Assembly: GCF_004010195.1 (NCBI RefSeq)
Contig: NC_057754.1
Location: 1,505,536-1,525,535, forward strand
From: Chiloscyllium plagiosum
Taxonomy: Eukaryota
Direction of reading: 5' to 3'
Length of the DNA stretch: 20,000 bases
Within the stretch, counting starts at the first letter, position 1, and every line of letters starts with the position of its first letter. The notes beneath the pieces are model-generated. The model worked only from the letters and a program-made list of their open reading frames with translations, did not search any database and had not been told where the DNA came from. Shown here piece by piece: positions 1 to 9,721 of the stretch. The translations under genes and the position numbers were made by a program.

Positions 1-170
1 GTCTCCTTCCTATCGGAAAGATGTTGTGAAACTTGAAAGGGTTCAGAAAAGATATACAAGGATGTTGCCAGGGTTGGAGGGTCTGAGCTACAGGGAGAGG
101 CTGAACAGGCTGGGGTTGTTTTCCCTGGAGCGTCGGAGGCTGAGGGGTGACCTTATAGAGGTTTATAAAA
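1..170 (+). mobile_element. CR1-clade LINE fragment (ORF2 C-terminal region), cut by window edge and by Penelope element
   Basis: Translates KLERVQKRYTRMLPGLEGLSYRERLNRLGLFSLERRRLRGDLIEVYK, the typical CR1 ORF2 C-terminus; homology stops abruptly at 170. Confidence 0.92.
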
Positions 171-208
171 TGGATGTAGGTTTGCTCACTGAGCTGGAAG
201 GTTCACTT

Positions 209-248
209 CCAGACGTTTCGTCACCCTACTGGCTAACATCCTCAGTGG
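209..248 (-). ncRNA. Minimal hammerhead ribozyme motif in Penelope pLTR (left arm)
   Basis: Minus strand reads CCA-CTGAGGA-T-GTTAGCCAGTAGGGTGAC-GAAA-CG-TC-TGG: core CUGANGA/GAAA, stem II GTTA..TGAC, stem I CCA/UGG, GUC triplet. Confidence 0.65.
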
Positions 249-1005
249 GCCTCAGGGCAAAGCACTGCTGATAATTCCTGCTTTCTATTTATAGGTTTGG
301 GTTTCTTTGGGCTGGTGATGTCATTTCCTGTGGCAGCCCAGAGGAACTACGAAGAGCAGAGGAAAATCACCTGTACTGTGTATTTAAAAACAAACAGGTT
401 CCCAATGAACATAGGCTGCCGATTTCTCAGCAACAAACCCCGTCCAGAAACCCTCGCCACTCTCCCGTACATCAAAAGACAGCTTGGAAATGACTGAGAC
501 TATTCAGACCTCTTGGCATCATGGTAGGCCACAAACCCACCAACACACTAAAACAGCAGCTTATGAACTTGCAAGACTCTGTACAGACAACAAGCAAAAC
601 TAATATCATTTACAAAATACCTTGCAAGAACTGTAACAAACACTACATTGGACAAACAGGCAGAAAACTAGCCACCAGGATACATGAACATCAATTAGCC
701 ACAAAAAAAATGACCCACTCCCACTAGTATCCTTTACATACAGATGAGGAAGGACACCACTTTGACTGGGACAACACATTGCCTCCTAGGATAAGCCAAA
801 CAGAGACACACAAGAATGCCTAGAAGCATGGCACTCCAACCGGAACTCTGTCAACAACACATTGACTGACTTGGATCCCATTTAACCACCCCCTGAGAAA
901 AAGAACAGGAAATGACATCACCACAGGAAATGGCATCACCAACCCAAGGAAACCTAAACACATAAGTAGAAAACGGGCCATACCACTAGTGCTTCATCCG
1001 GAGGC

Positions 1006-1045
1006 TCACTGATGATATTACCTAGTATTGTGACGAAATGTCTGA
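1006..1045 (+). ncRNA. Minimal hammerhead ribozyme motif in Penelope pLTR (right arm, partly decayed)
   Basis: TCA-CTGATGA-T-ATTACCTAGTATTGTGAC-GAAA-TG-TC-TGA: stem I UCA/UGA intact, stem II weakened. Confidence 0.55.
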
Positions 1046-1092
1046 AAATGAACCTTCCAGTTCAGCGAGCAAACCTACATCCATAATTCAGC

Positions 1093-1222
1093 CAGTTTAG
1101 AAATCAGGTTCCCCAACAAAACAGAAACCAGCAGCAGTACACACTGGATGTGGGCAGCCAGCTCGGATTCAGTCCCCTGAACCGAGGAGATTCTAAATCC
1201 CCTGTTAATTTTTTTTAAAAAT
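1093..1222. repeat. Direct repeat copy A (partner at 4409-4510), containing a fragment homologous to the Gypsy LTR at 6391-6457
   Basis: cagtttagaaatcaggttcc...acagaaaccagcagcagtacac..tggatgt...gaggagattctaaatcc..gttaatttt..taaaaat is shared with 4409-4510; gcagccagctc...gaggagattctaaatcccctgttaat matches 6403-6457. Confidence 0.8.
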
Positions 1223-1564
1223 CCTGACTTTTTTATTAAACAGTACAAAACACAGTTAACAATAAACTGAAAGCAGCAATTCACAAAAAACCCCACTGTT
1301 TACAGGGGGAAAAGGGCAGCAAAGCCAAACCCCAAAGCCCACTGTTCAGCCAGTTTTCAGGGGGATGAGGACAAACCTCAAATCCCAGTTTCATTTATCA
1401 CAAAGATAACATTAACCAACAGACAAGGCAGTGCACTTAAATGAGAAACTGTGCATACAACACAGACCCAAATAGCTATAAAAAAGGACACCCGACACCC
1501 GTGCACACCACATACTGATCCGACTATCCTTGGCTAGCCTTACTGCAAGACAGTCGTTGACCTA

Positions 1565-2400
1565 CTGGTCTTTGGCCTCCCTGCGTACTGACCAACCCTC
1601 CCCAGACCCACTTTCCTCCAGGCTGGTTGTCAACCACCCAGCTCCCAGTCGCGCCATCTACTGATTGGACTACCCTGGGCCGCTTTCCTAAGAGCTGGCT
1701 GTCGGCCTTCTGGTCTCTGGCCACCCTGCGTACTGGCCGATCCTTCCCAAGCCTGCTTTCCTCCAGGCTGGTCGTCGACTACCCTGCTCCCAGTTGCCCC
1801 GTATACTGATCGAACTACCCGGGCCGCTTTCCCATGAGCTGGCTGTCAGCCTTCTGGTCTCTGGTCGCCCTGTCTACTGACTGACCCTCCCCAGCATTCT
1901 TTCCTCTGGTTGTCGGCCACTGGCTGCTTTCCTACCGTCAGGCTGTTGGCTTTCCAGCACCCTGCTACCTCATGTATTGACCCTTTCTGCTGACCAGCTT
2001 TCCTACTGTCCAGCTTTCCTACGGACCAGCTCCAGCCTCCCCGTATATTGATCTGTCCTCCATCAGTCGGCCTTCCTACAGGCTGCCGTTGGTTGCCTGG
2101 CTCAGCCTCCCTATGTACTGACTGGCCTGCCCTATACAGGCTTTCCTGGGGGGATGCTATTAGTTGCCTGGCCCTACCTGCCCTGCATACTGCTAAGCTC
2201 CTCCTGGCCTCCTTTCCTCCAGTCTGGTCATTGACCCTCCCACCCCCAGCCAGTCTGTGTACTGGCTGCCCCTCCCCTGACTAGCTTTCCTATGGGAATA
2301 CTTTCGGTTGCCTGGTCCCTAGCGATCCTGCATTCTAATAGACACCCCAGCCCGCTTTCCCACAAGGCCGGCCATTGATTCTCCAGCTTGTATGTTTTGG
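1565..2400. repeat. Degenerate C/T-rich tandem repeat, ~72-bp monomer arranged as ~144-bp dimer
   Basis: ctggtct(c/t)tgg starts at 1565, 1710, 1854 (period 145/144); tactg(a/g) at 1586, 1659, 1731, 1804, 1875 (period 71-73); motifs ctttcc and tactg persist in decayed form to ~2400. Confidence 0.85.
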
Positions 2401-2501
2401 CTATCCCACTCTGGCCTGCACTCAAAACCAATTAATTTAAAACTCACCTGCTGTAACAGAATTCAAAATCCTCACAATACAGTTTCCAGTACGAAGCCAG
2501 A

Positions 2502-2730
2502 GTCCACACCCGAAGGCTAGGATGCAGCAAATGCTCACCTCCCAGCACACAGACCGGTGTTCAGTCTTCATAGAGGCATGGCCCATCCATAGAGAACCAG
2601 GCCCACTCACAGGAACACAGTAGTGTAAAGGTGCAGTTATCTCAGAGGGGTTTGGTCCACTCCCGAACTCCAGAATGCAGCAATTGCTTACCTCCCAGCA
2701 CACACACAGGTGTTCAGTCTTTACAGAGGC
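2502..2730. repeat. Two copies of a ~76-bp direct repeat (2502-2577, 2655-2730; offset 153 bp)
   Basis: gtccac.cccgaa....ag.atgcagcaa.tgct.acctcccagcacaca.ac.ggtgttcagtctt.a.agaggc is present twice. Confidence 0.85.
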
Positions 2731-2799
2731 CGAGTCACCGACAAAGTGCCAGGCCTACACATACAGGAACAGCTCATCTGGAAAGATGCGGATGCATGA

Positions 2800-3060
2800 C
2801 CTGTCCTAACTGCCAATCTTCCTTTCCACCTCTCCGCTCCACCCTCCTCTCTCTGACCTATCACCTTCATCCCAACTTCTATCCATCTATTGTACTCTTG
2901 GCTACCTTCTCCCCAGCCCCACCCCCCTCCCATTTATCTCTCCACCCCAGAGGCTCCCTGCCTTCATTCCTGATGAAGGGCTTTTGCCTGCAACATCGAT
3001 TTTCCTGCTCCTCGGATGCTGCCTGACCTGCTGTGCTTTTCCAGCATCACTCTAATCTAG
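2800..3060 (+). mobile_element. Penelope-derived pLTR fragment (second family) with mutated hammerhead core
   Basis: Pyrimidine-rich tract followed by CTGATGA-AGGGC-TTTT-GCCT-GCAA-CATCGA and ggatgctgcctgacctgctgtgcttttccagc, the common shark PLE terminal repeat (recalled); the GAAA box is mutated to GCAA. Confidence 0.75.
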
Positions 3061-3152
3061 ACAAAATTGACATTGTCCTTTTCTCAAAGTAATAGAGAAA
3101 AGAGTAACACACAGGCTGTAACCAGCCAGTGAAACAACAGTTCCCTTATGAG

Positions 3153-4320
3153 AACTTCCAAAAGGCCTTTGATAAGGTACCTCATGGGAGGCTGCTGAGT
3201 AAGCTGAGGGCCCATGGCGTTCAAGGTGAGCTACTGGCATGGATTGAGGATTGGCTGTCTGACAGAAGGTAGAGAGTTGGGACAAAAGGTTCTTTTTCAG
3301 AATGGCAGCTGGTGACAAATGGTGTCCCGCAGGGTTCAGTGTTGGGACTGCAGCTGTTCACTTTATATATTAATGATCTGGATGAAGGGACTGGGGGCAT
3401 TCAGGGGAAGTTCGCTAATGATACAAAGTTAGGTAGACAGGCAGGTAGTTCTGAGGAGGTGGGGAGGCTGCAGAAAGATTTAGACAGTTTAGGAGAGTGA
3501 TCCAAGAAATGGCTGATGAAGTTCAATGTGAGCAAATGTGAGGTCTTGCACATTGGAAAAATGAATACAAGGATGGACTATTTTCTAAACGGTGAGAACA
3601 TTCACAAAGCCAAAGTACAGAGGGATCTGGGAGTACTATTCTAGAATTCTTTGAAGGTTGACTTGCAGGTTGAGTCCCTGGTTAAGAAAGCAAATGTATC
3701 TCAAGAGGGTTGTATTGTAAAAGCAGCGATGTGCTACTGAGACTTTATAAAGCTCTGGTTAGGCCCCATTTAGAATACTGTGTCCAGTTTTGGACCCCTC
3801 ACCTCAGGAAGGACATACTGGCACTGGAGCGTGTCCAGTGGAGATTCACACGGATGATCTCTGGAATGGCAGGCCTAACATATGATGAACGGCTGAGGAT
3901 CCTGGGATGGTATTCATGAGAGTTTAGAAGGTTGAGGGGAGATCTGATAGAAACTTACAAGATAATGCATGGCATAGAAAGGGTGGATGCTGGGAATTTG
4001 TTTCCGTTAGGCGGGGATCCTAGGACCTGTGGGCATAGCCTTAGAATTAGAGGGGGTCAATTTAAAACGGAAATGAGGAGACATTCCTTCAGCTAGAGAG
4101 TGGTGGGCCTGTGAAATTCATTGTCATGGAGCGCAGTGGAGGCGGGGATGTAACATGTCTTCAAGGCAGGGATTGATAAATTCTTAATCACGCAAGCAAT
4201 GAAGGGATATGGGGGGAGTGTGGGTAAGTGGCATTGAAATACCCATCAGCCATGGTGGAGTGGACTCAATGGGCCAAATGGCCTTACTTCCACTCCTATG
4301 TCTGATAGTCTTATGGTCTT
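3153..4320 (+). mobile_element. CR1-clade LINE 3' fragment (RT domain to tail), degenerate
   Basis: AFDKVPH, GVPQGSVLG, FANDTKL (FADD motif mutated), LYKALVRPHLEYCVQFW; stops and frameshifts; ends in a tcttatggtctt-type tail. Confidence 0.93.
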
Positions 4321-4408
4321 AACTGAGTTACACCTGAAACACATTGACTGTGAAGATCAGGCAGTTTAGAAATCAGTCCTCAATAAAAAAGGAATACCAG
4401 TTAACAAA

Positions 4409-4510
4409 CAGTTTAGGAATCCGGTTCCGCCAAAAATAACAGAAACCAGCAGCAGTACACATTGGATGTAGTGTACTGAGGAGATTCTAAATCCGTTAAT
4501 TTTTAAAAAT
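4409..4510. repeat. Direct repeat copy B (partner at 1093-1222), with internal deletion; extra 15-bp partial copy at 4362-4376
   Basis: Direct alignment by eye with 1093-1222. Confidence 0.8.
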
Positions 4511-4659
4511 ATTTTCCTCCACATTTGCACCTAACAGTGGTAGTTCTTATATTTTCCCCACCACCAATGATATATGTGTGCAGGTTTGAGATACAGTGAA
4601 GAACAGCAAGTGCATAAACTTTTACTTATATTCCACCACCAGAAAGAGAGGAAACTATG

Positions 4660-6336
4660 TTTTCCAGCGTAGTAAAGGACAACTCCACCCACTCCCCCAC
4701 TGCCCCAGCCAACTTTGCATACATGTCCTCTATGTGAGGGAGTGGATATTAATCCAGCTTTGAGAAGCTGTTTACTGTTTGCTTAAAATCCCCACAAAAA
4801 CAAACTGAGAAGTCAGGCTTCACAATCGGTACAACTGGTGCTGTCAATTCCGCAAACTGCACTGGTTTGATGATTCCTTTGCTCTCAGCCTCCTGATTTC
4901 TGCTTCTACTTTTGCCCACAAGGCAAATGGCACTGAGTGGGCCTTACAAAATCGAGGAATTGCCTCCTGGTCAATAAGTAAGATAGTTTTGTCTCTTTGA
5001 TAGTTGCAACTCCTTTCTGAAAAATATCTGGGTATTTCACTAGGACGTCACGAAGCAGCCATTTTCTAATCAAAAAATGTTGAGCCAATCTAGGTGAACC
5101 TTTCTCAACTAATTTTGCCTCAATAGATTTGGACCCTAGCCTCTTACTACCATCAGTGGTAACTGCACTAACCGCTTCTCATAGGAGACTGGAACTGAAG
5201 TCATACCCTTAATTTGCAATGGTTCGCCAGTGTATATTCTCCGTCTGACTGAGGTCTTGCACAGACTTAAGGATTGGAGACCCGAGTGAATCTTGTTAAA
5301 AACAGATTCTGCAACCACAGATACAGCTGCTCCGGTATTGACCTCCATGGGTGACCATTTATTGAAACATTAATTTAATCAGTTCCGTTTTTGATGTCAC
5401 TAAGCAATTTAATTGTTTCAACCCACATATAGGGGGACCTTCTAGGCTATGCACTCTCCTGGGTATCGGCCTGTGAGTTTTCTTACTCACGTTCTTGTAG
5501 GACTTCTTTACTCTCTCGAGTCTGCATACTGGTGGAAACTACAATGGCTTGCTGACCCAGATCCTGAAGAACATTTTAACCGCTTGGCAGAGGCTCAGCT
5601 TTGTTGTGAGGTTTTGCTGTGGGCTGTCTTAGGGTCCCTCTGCTCAGGATATGCCCTGTGTGAATGCCTACAGTCAAGTGGTGCTCCCCAAGCTCAGTTG
5701 GACAAGTGATGCTGTCCACTTCCATTGGGATGCCCTGTAGTTCCCATGCTCTACTTGCCACATTTTCTAATGACAAAGCCAGTTGCAGTGCATGTTTGAA
5801 GTCCTGTTGGGCTTCATCTAATAGATGCTTCTGTATGGTTATGTCATTAATCCCACATACCAAACAGTCTCTTAGCATCTCATTCATGGTTAATCCAAAA
5901 TCACAGACCTCTGCTAGTTATCTTAACCTCATCAGAAATCCCAATATGGATTTTCCTGGTTCTCTAACAGCCAAATAAAATTGACAGCATCTCAGGATTA
6001 GTGGAGGTTTGGGGTCATAATATTTGTTAACCAACTCAGTCAACTCCTGGAAGATTTTATTGTCTGGAGCCTCTGGGAAAGTTAATCCCCTTATAACCAA
6101 AAATGCTGCAGGTCTGCAAGTGGTCAGAAGGATTAGTCATTGTTTTTCATCTGCCCCAATATAATTAGCCTGGGAAAAAAAATTGCATTCTTTCTACATG
6201 CTGGGTTCAGTCTTCGATGGCAGGAGCAAATGAGTCAAGCTTCCCAAATAAAAGCACAATGCCAGAAATGATTACTCCAAGCTGACTGCTGCAAGTGAGC
6301 ATCCTTCAGACACATACTGTTTTCTCCGATTGCCAT
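4660..6336 (-). mobile_element. Gypsy/Ty3 LTR retrotransposon internal region (gag, protease, RT N-terminus), 3'-truncated and degenerate; Mag-like
   Basis: Gag motifs FGKLDSF..ED*TQHVERM and LRDCLVCGINDITIQKHLL; protease MEVNTGAAVSVV (DTG>NTG); RT start APVVPIVKPD..CGDFKQTVN..YPLPHIEDMYAKLAG; PBS-like TGGCAATCGG next to the LTR end. Confidence 0.9.
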
Positions 6337-6555
6337 TGAAATAACTGCACAGAGGCCGGTATTGTGCCACCAAGTCAACCTTTATTTACTTGTACACTAG
6401 CTGCAGCCAGCTCCAAGTCAGAACCCGGACTGAGGAGGTTCTAAATCCCCTGTCAATATTGGTCAGTTTCCCTGGTTGGCCCAGGTTAATAACCCCAAAC
6501 AAGGACTTCATATTCAATGAGGCCCCGCTGGTTCCAATAATGAAAATTCCTGTCA
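6337..6555 (-). repeat. 5' LTR (~219 bp) of the Gypsy element
   Basis: Minus strand starts TGACAGG, contains AATAAA and ends GTTATTTCA, 1 nt before the TGG of the PBS. The 6555 boundary is less certain than 6337. Confidence 0.7.
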
Positions 6556-8043
6556 ATCTTTTTGAACAGTTTGGAAGTTTAAAAAGAACACCTTTTTTTA
6601 AGTTTATCCAACATTCATTGCCTTACTCCCAACAACTATTACTTAAATTTTGTAACCCATGCATTCATATTGCACCCTTAACCCTATAAAAGCACTCCTT
6701 TTAATCACCATATCCAAATATCAATAAAGCCATCGATCTTTGTTACATACTGTTGTTCCCAGAAGTAATTTGAAGATGGGTTTCTGAGAAGACAACACGA
6801 GGAGGCAAAGTTTGAAATTCCACCTGTGCAATTTGGAGTAGTATTGGAATTCTGCAGTACAGATGCTGACTGTTTGATCCATCTTACTGGTGCTAACTCT
6901 TTAAAAGATCTGATTAATATTGTCTCACATCCTGAACTTTTAATTCCTGTAACCCTTCAGGTTAATCTTCTTCAAACATCCAGTGTACTTTTTAAAACCA
7001 TTTATCACTGAGTCACATAGAATACAGATGGCCAAATGTCTGGGTTTAAGAGGGAGTTTTTACAGAATGTCTTAAATGATGAAAGAGATATATGGAAGGA
7101 ATTAGACACATTCAAGCAAGGCTAAGGCATTGTCTTCAGTGCAAGAGGTTCACAGTTATTGGTCATGGTTTTCTATCATTTGCCATTCATTTTTACAATG
7201 AAGATTATCATTGTTTGACTACGCTTTAAGCTCTGTGGAATAAATCTCTGAAGACTCTTATTGTCTTCTTGTATATCTACAAACAACTTGTGTCCATTAA
7301 CTAGCAAGGGCAATATAATTTATTTCTTTAAAATGTCAAAATCCAACAAACGATTAAGTTTACTGCCTTCAAAAATAAAAGCTTTAAAATGAACGTACAT
7401 TCCCCACTTGTTAACCTCCTCCCAACTGCTCTCAGACAATTTTATAGTTTATGGAAATCAAAAATATTATGTACAGCAGTTATATGAGCAGAACACTTGC
7501 TCTGAGTCAATTCCTGTTTTTTTTCCTCACATAACAGTTGCTGCTTGTAGCTGCAGTCAAGATGTATCATGTGTGTCTGAAATGCACCATGCTCACTCAC
7601 CTCCTGTAGCTCATTTGCAACTGCTCACTGACATCAATCATCCAATTGTCCCTCGGTCAACCGTCTTTCTGCTTTCCCTAACCTAACCTTTTGCCCTCTA
7701 AAAGAGATCTCCGTTGCTTTTCTGTTCTGATCAAGTTATCAAGTACTTACATTTTCTGATGTCAGGTTTTGGACTCCTTTTGGCACTTGCAATTTCAAAT
7801 ACATCTTAATTTGTCTTTTGGTCTATGTATTGAATTTTTAACATACTTCTTAGTCTTCACATTTCAAAGACCTCTAGTTTCCAACTATTAGATCTTTAGT
7901 TAGTTAGAGTCATCGTTGTCAAGGTATTTGGGGCATACAGGAAAGTATTGTATTTCAGATTAAGAAGAAACTACAAATTTCATCTGTACAAACATCTTTA
8001 ACTGTATTATTTGCTCCAAAATGTTGGAATAAAATTTCACTGG

Positions 8044-9660
8044 AAAATCTGAAACAAAAACAGAAATTGCTGGCGAAACTCAGCAGGTCTGGCAGCATCT
8101 GTGAGAAGAAAGCAGAATTAACATTTAGACTCCGGTGACTTTTCATTAGAATTGATAGCAAAAAAAGTGGAGGAGGGGAGAGGTGACTGGATAGGTGGAG
8201 ATGGTGCCCTGAAAGAGAGATCCATGGAGGGCAGACCAGGACAGTAAAGAAGCTGAAATGTGATAATGAAAACTGAGGGTAGGAGAGAATGGGAAGTCTG
8301 TGATGAATGCAAACTATTAATTCAGTTTAGGATACCTGGTCGACATGGATAAGTTGGGACGAAGGGTCTGTTTCCGTGCTGTATGACTCTCTGTAATGTG
8401 ATAATTTACCTGAGAGTAGGTGAAAATCGATTGTGCTAAAAACGTCCCAAGTCATAACAGGACTGGATGTGGGGTGGGTAAAAAATATAGAAGGATAGAA
8501 TCTGCCTCTAAAGTTACTGAGCTCGATGTTGAGTCCCTGAGGCTTCAGGCTCCCGAAATGGAAAATAAGATGCTTTTCTTCAAGCTTACGCTGAGACTTG
8601 CTGGAATACTGCAGCAGACCTGCAGCAGAAATGTTGGCGTGGGAACATGGTGGTGTGTTGAAGTTGCAGGTGACTGGAAGCTCTGGGTCATTTTTACAGA
8701 GAGAATGTAGGTGTTTTTCATCCAGTCTGTATTTCATCTCCCCAATGTAGAGGAGACCATACTAAGAGCAGCGAATACAGTAGATGAGATTGAATGAAGT
8801 ACAGAAAAATTGCTGCACATCTGTCCAGGATCTTGGATAGTGAGGAGGTAAATGGGCAGAGTTACACCTTCTGTGATTGCATGGTAAGGTACTGTGGGGA
8901 TATGTGGAGGTCTTGGGAATGGAGGAGGAGTAGATCTACGAAGCTCAGGAGAGACCAGTCCCTACAGAATGTTGACAGAGGAGTGGGGTGGAATACATGT
9001 CTGCCATCTTTTTGGCATAGAAAAGGTAGCTTACAGTCCTTTGGATGTAGAGGTTGGTGAACTGGTGAGTGAGGACATTGATGTGGGAGGGAAGAGATGG
9101 GTGAGGGCAGAAGTGTGGGAGATGCTAAAGGGCTTGTTGATGACCACTGAGTCGGGAATCCCTGGTTGATAATAAAGGTGGACATTTCTGAGGCCCTTCG
9201 AGGAAGGTGGCAACAGGTGTGCTGGAGATGTAGAAACTTGGAGAATGGGATGAAGTCCTTACAGGAAGCAGGGTGTGTCAAGGTAACTGTGGGAGTTGGT
9301 TGATTTGTAATGGATATTAGTCATCCACGTATCCCCGGAAATTGAAATAGAGATGTTGAGGAAGGGAAGGGAGAAGTTGGAGTTGGACCGGGTGAAGGTG
9401 AGAGCAGGTTGGAAATTGGAAATGAAATTGATAAATGTTTCCAGTTCAGAACATGAGAGGTAAGCAGCACCAACAATGTCATTGATATACTGGAGAAAGA
9501 GTTGTGGAAAGGGGTCCAAGTATGATTGGAACAAGGAATATTCCACACACTCCACATAGCTGGGGTTCATGCAATTACCCATGACTATACTTTTGACCTG
9601 AAAAAAGTGAGAGGAGTTGAAGGAAAAGTTGTTCAACATGAGGATTAGCTTGGCAGGGAG
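8044..9660 (-). mobile_element. Penelope-like element (third family): RT remnant, GIY-YIG endonuclease and pLTR, degenerate
   Basis: RT motifs QVKSIVMGNCMNPSY, FLQYINDI (YIDD), LPFLNI, YKSTNSHSYLD, IPFSKFLHL; endonuclease CTSFNLIYCIRCS*YGLLYIGE and RKLEEKHLIFHFGSLKPQGLN; pLTR ~8044-8300 with decayed hammerhead CTAATGA..TAAA at 8118-8149. Confidence 0.9.
8320..8392 (+). mobile_element. Very short CR1 3' tail inserted in the Penelope element
   Basis: ttcagtttaggatacctggtcgacatggataagttgg..gaagggtctgtttccgtgctgtatgactct is nearly identical to the CR1 tail at 10186-10256. Confidence 0.85.
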
Positions 9661-9721
9661 ATCGATCTCCTGTAATATCTATAGCTAGAAGCATAGAAAA
9701 CACTTCCACCACCATAGTTGT

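Larger units (their letters stand above)
171..1083 (+). mobile_element. 5'-truncated Penelope-like element with GIY-YIG endonuclease remnant and inverted pseudo-LTRs
   Basis: ORF 521-727 has NIIYKIPCKNCNKHYIGQTGRKLATRIHEH (GIY-YIG with CxxC), preceded by a TLPYIK motif. 171-333 is the ungapped reverse complement of 921-1083 (31 mismatches in 163 nt by hand count). Confidence 0.92.

Noticed and set aside
1565..2400. CRISPR-like array or repeat-protein CDS
   Set aside because: Whole units are repeated with no unique spacers, the context is eukaryotic, and ORFs are short and broken in all frames.
4520..4655. Possible 3' end of another non-LTR element on the minus strand
   Set aside because: Looks repeat-like but is too short and has no motif allowing classification without a database.
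7751..7804. 54-bp minus-strand exon (MYLKLQVPKGVQNLTSEN or DVFEIASAKRSPKPDIRK)
   Set aside because: Donor present but no polypyrimidine acceptor, upstream stops in both frames and no recognisable homology.
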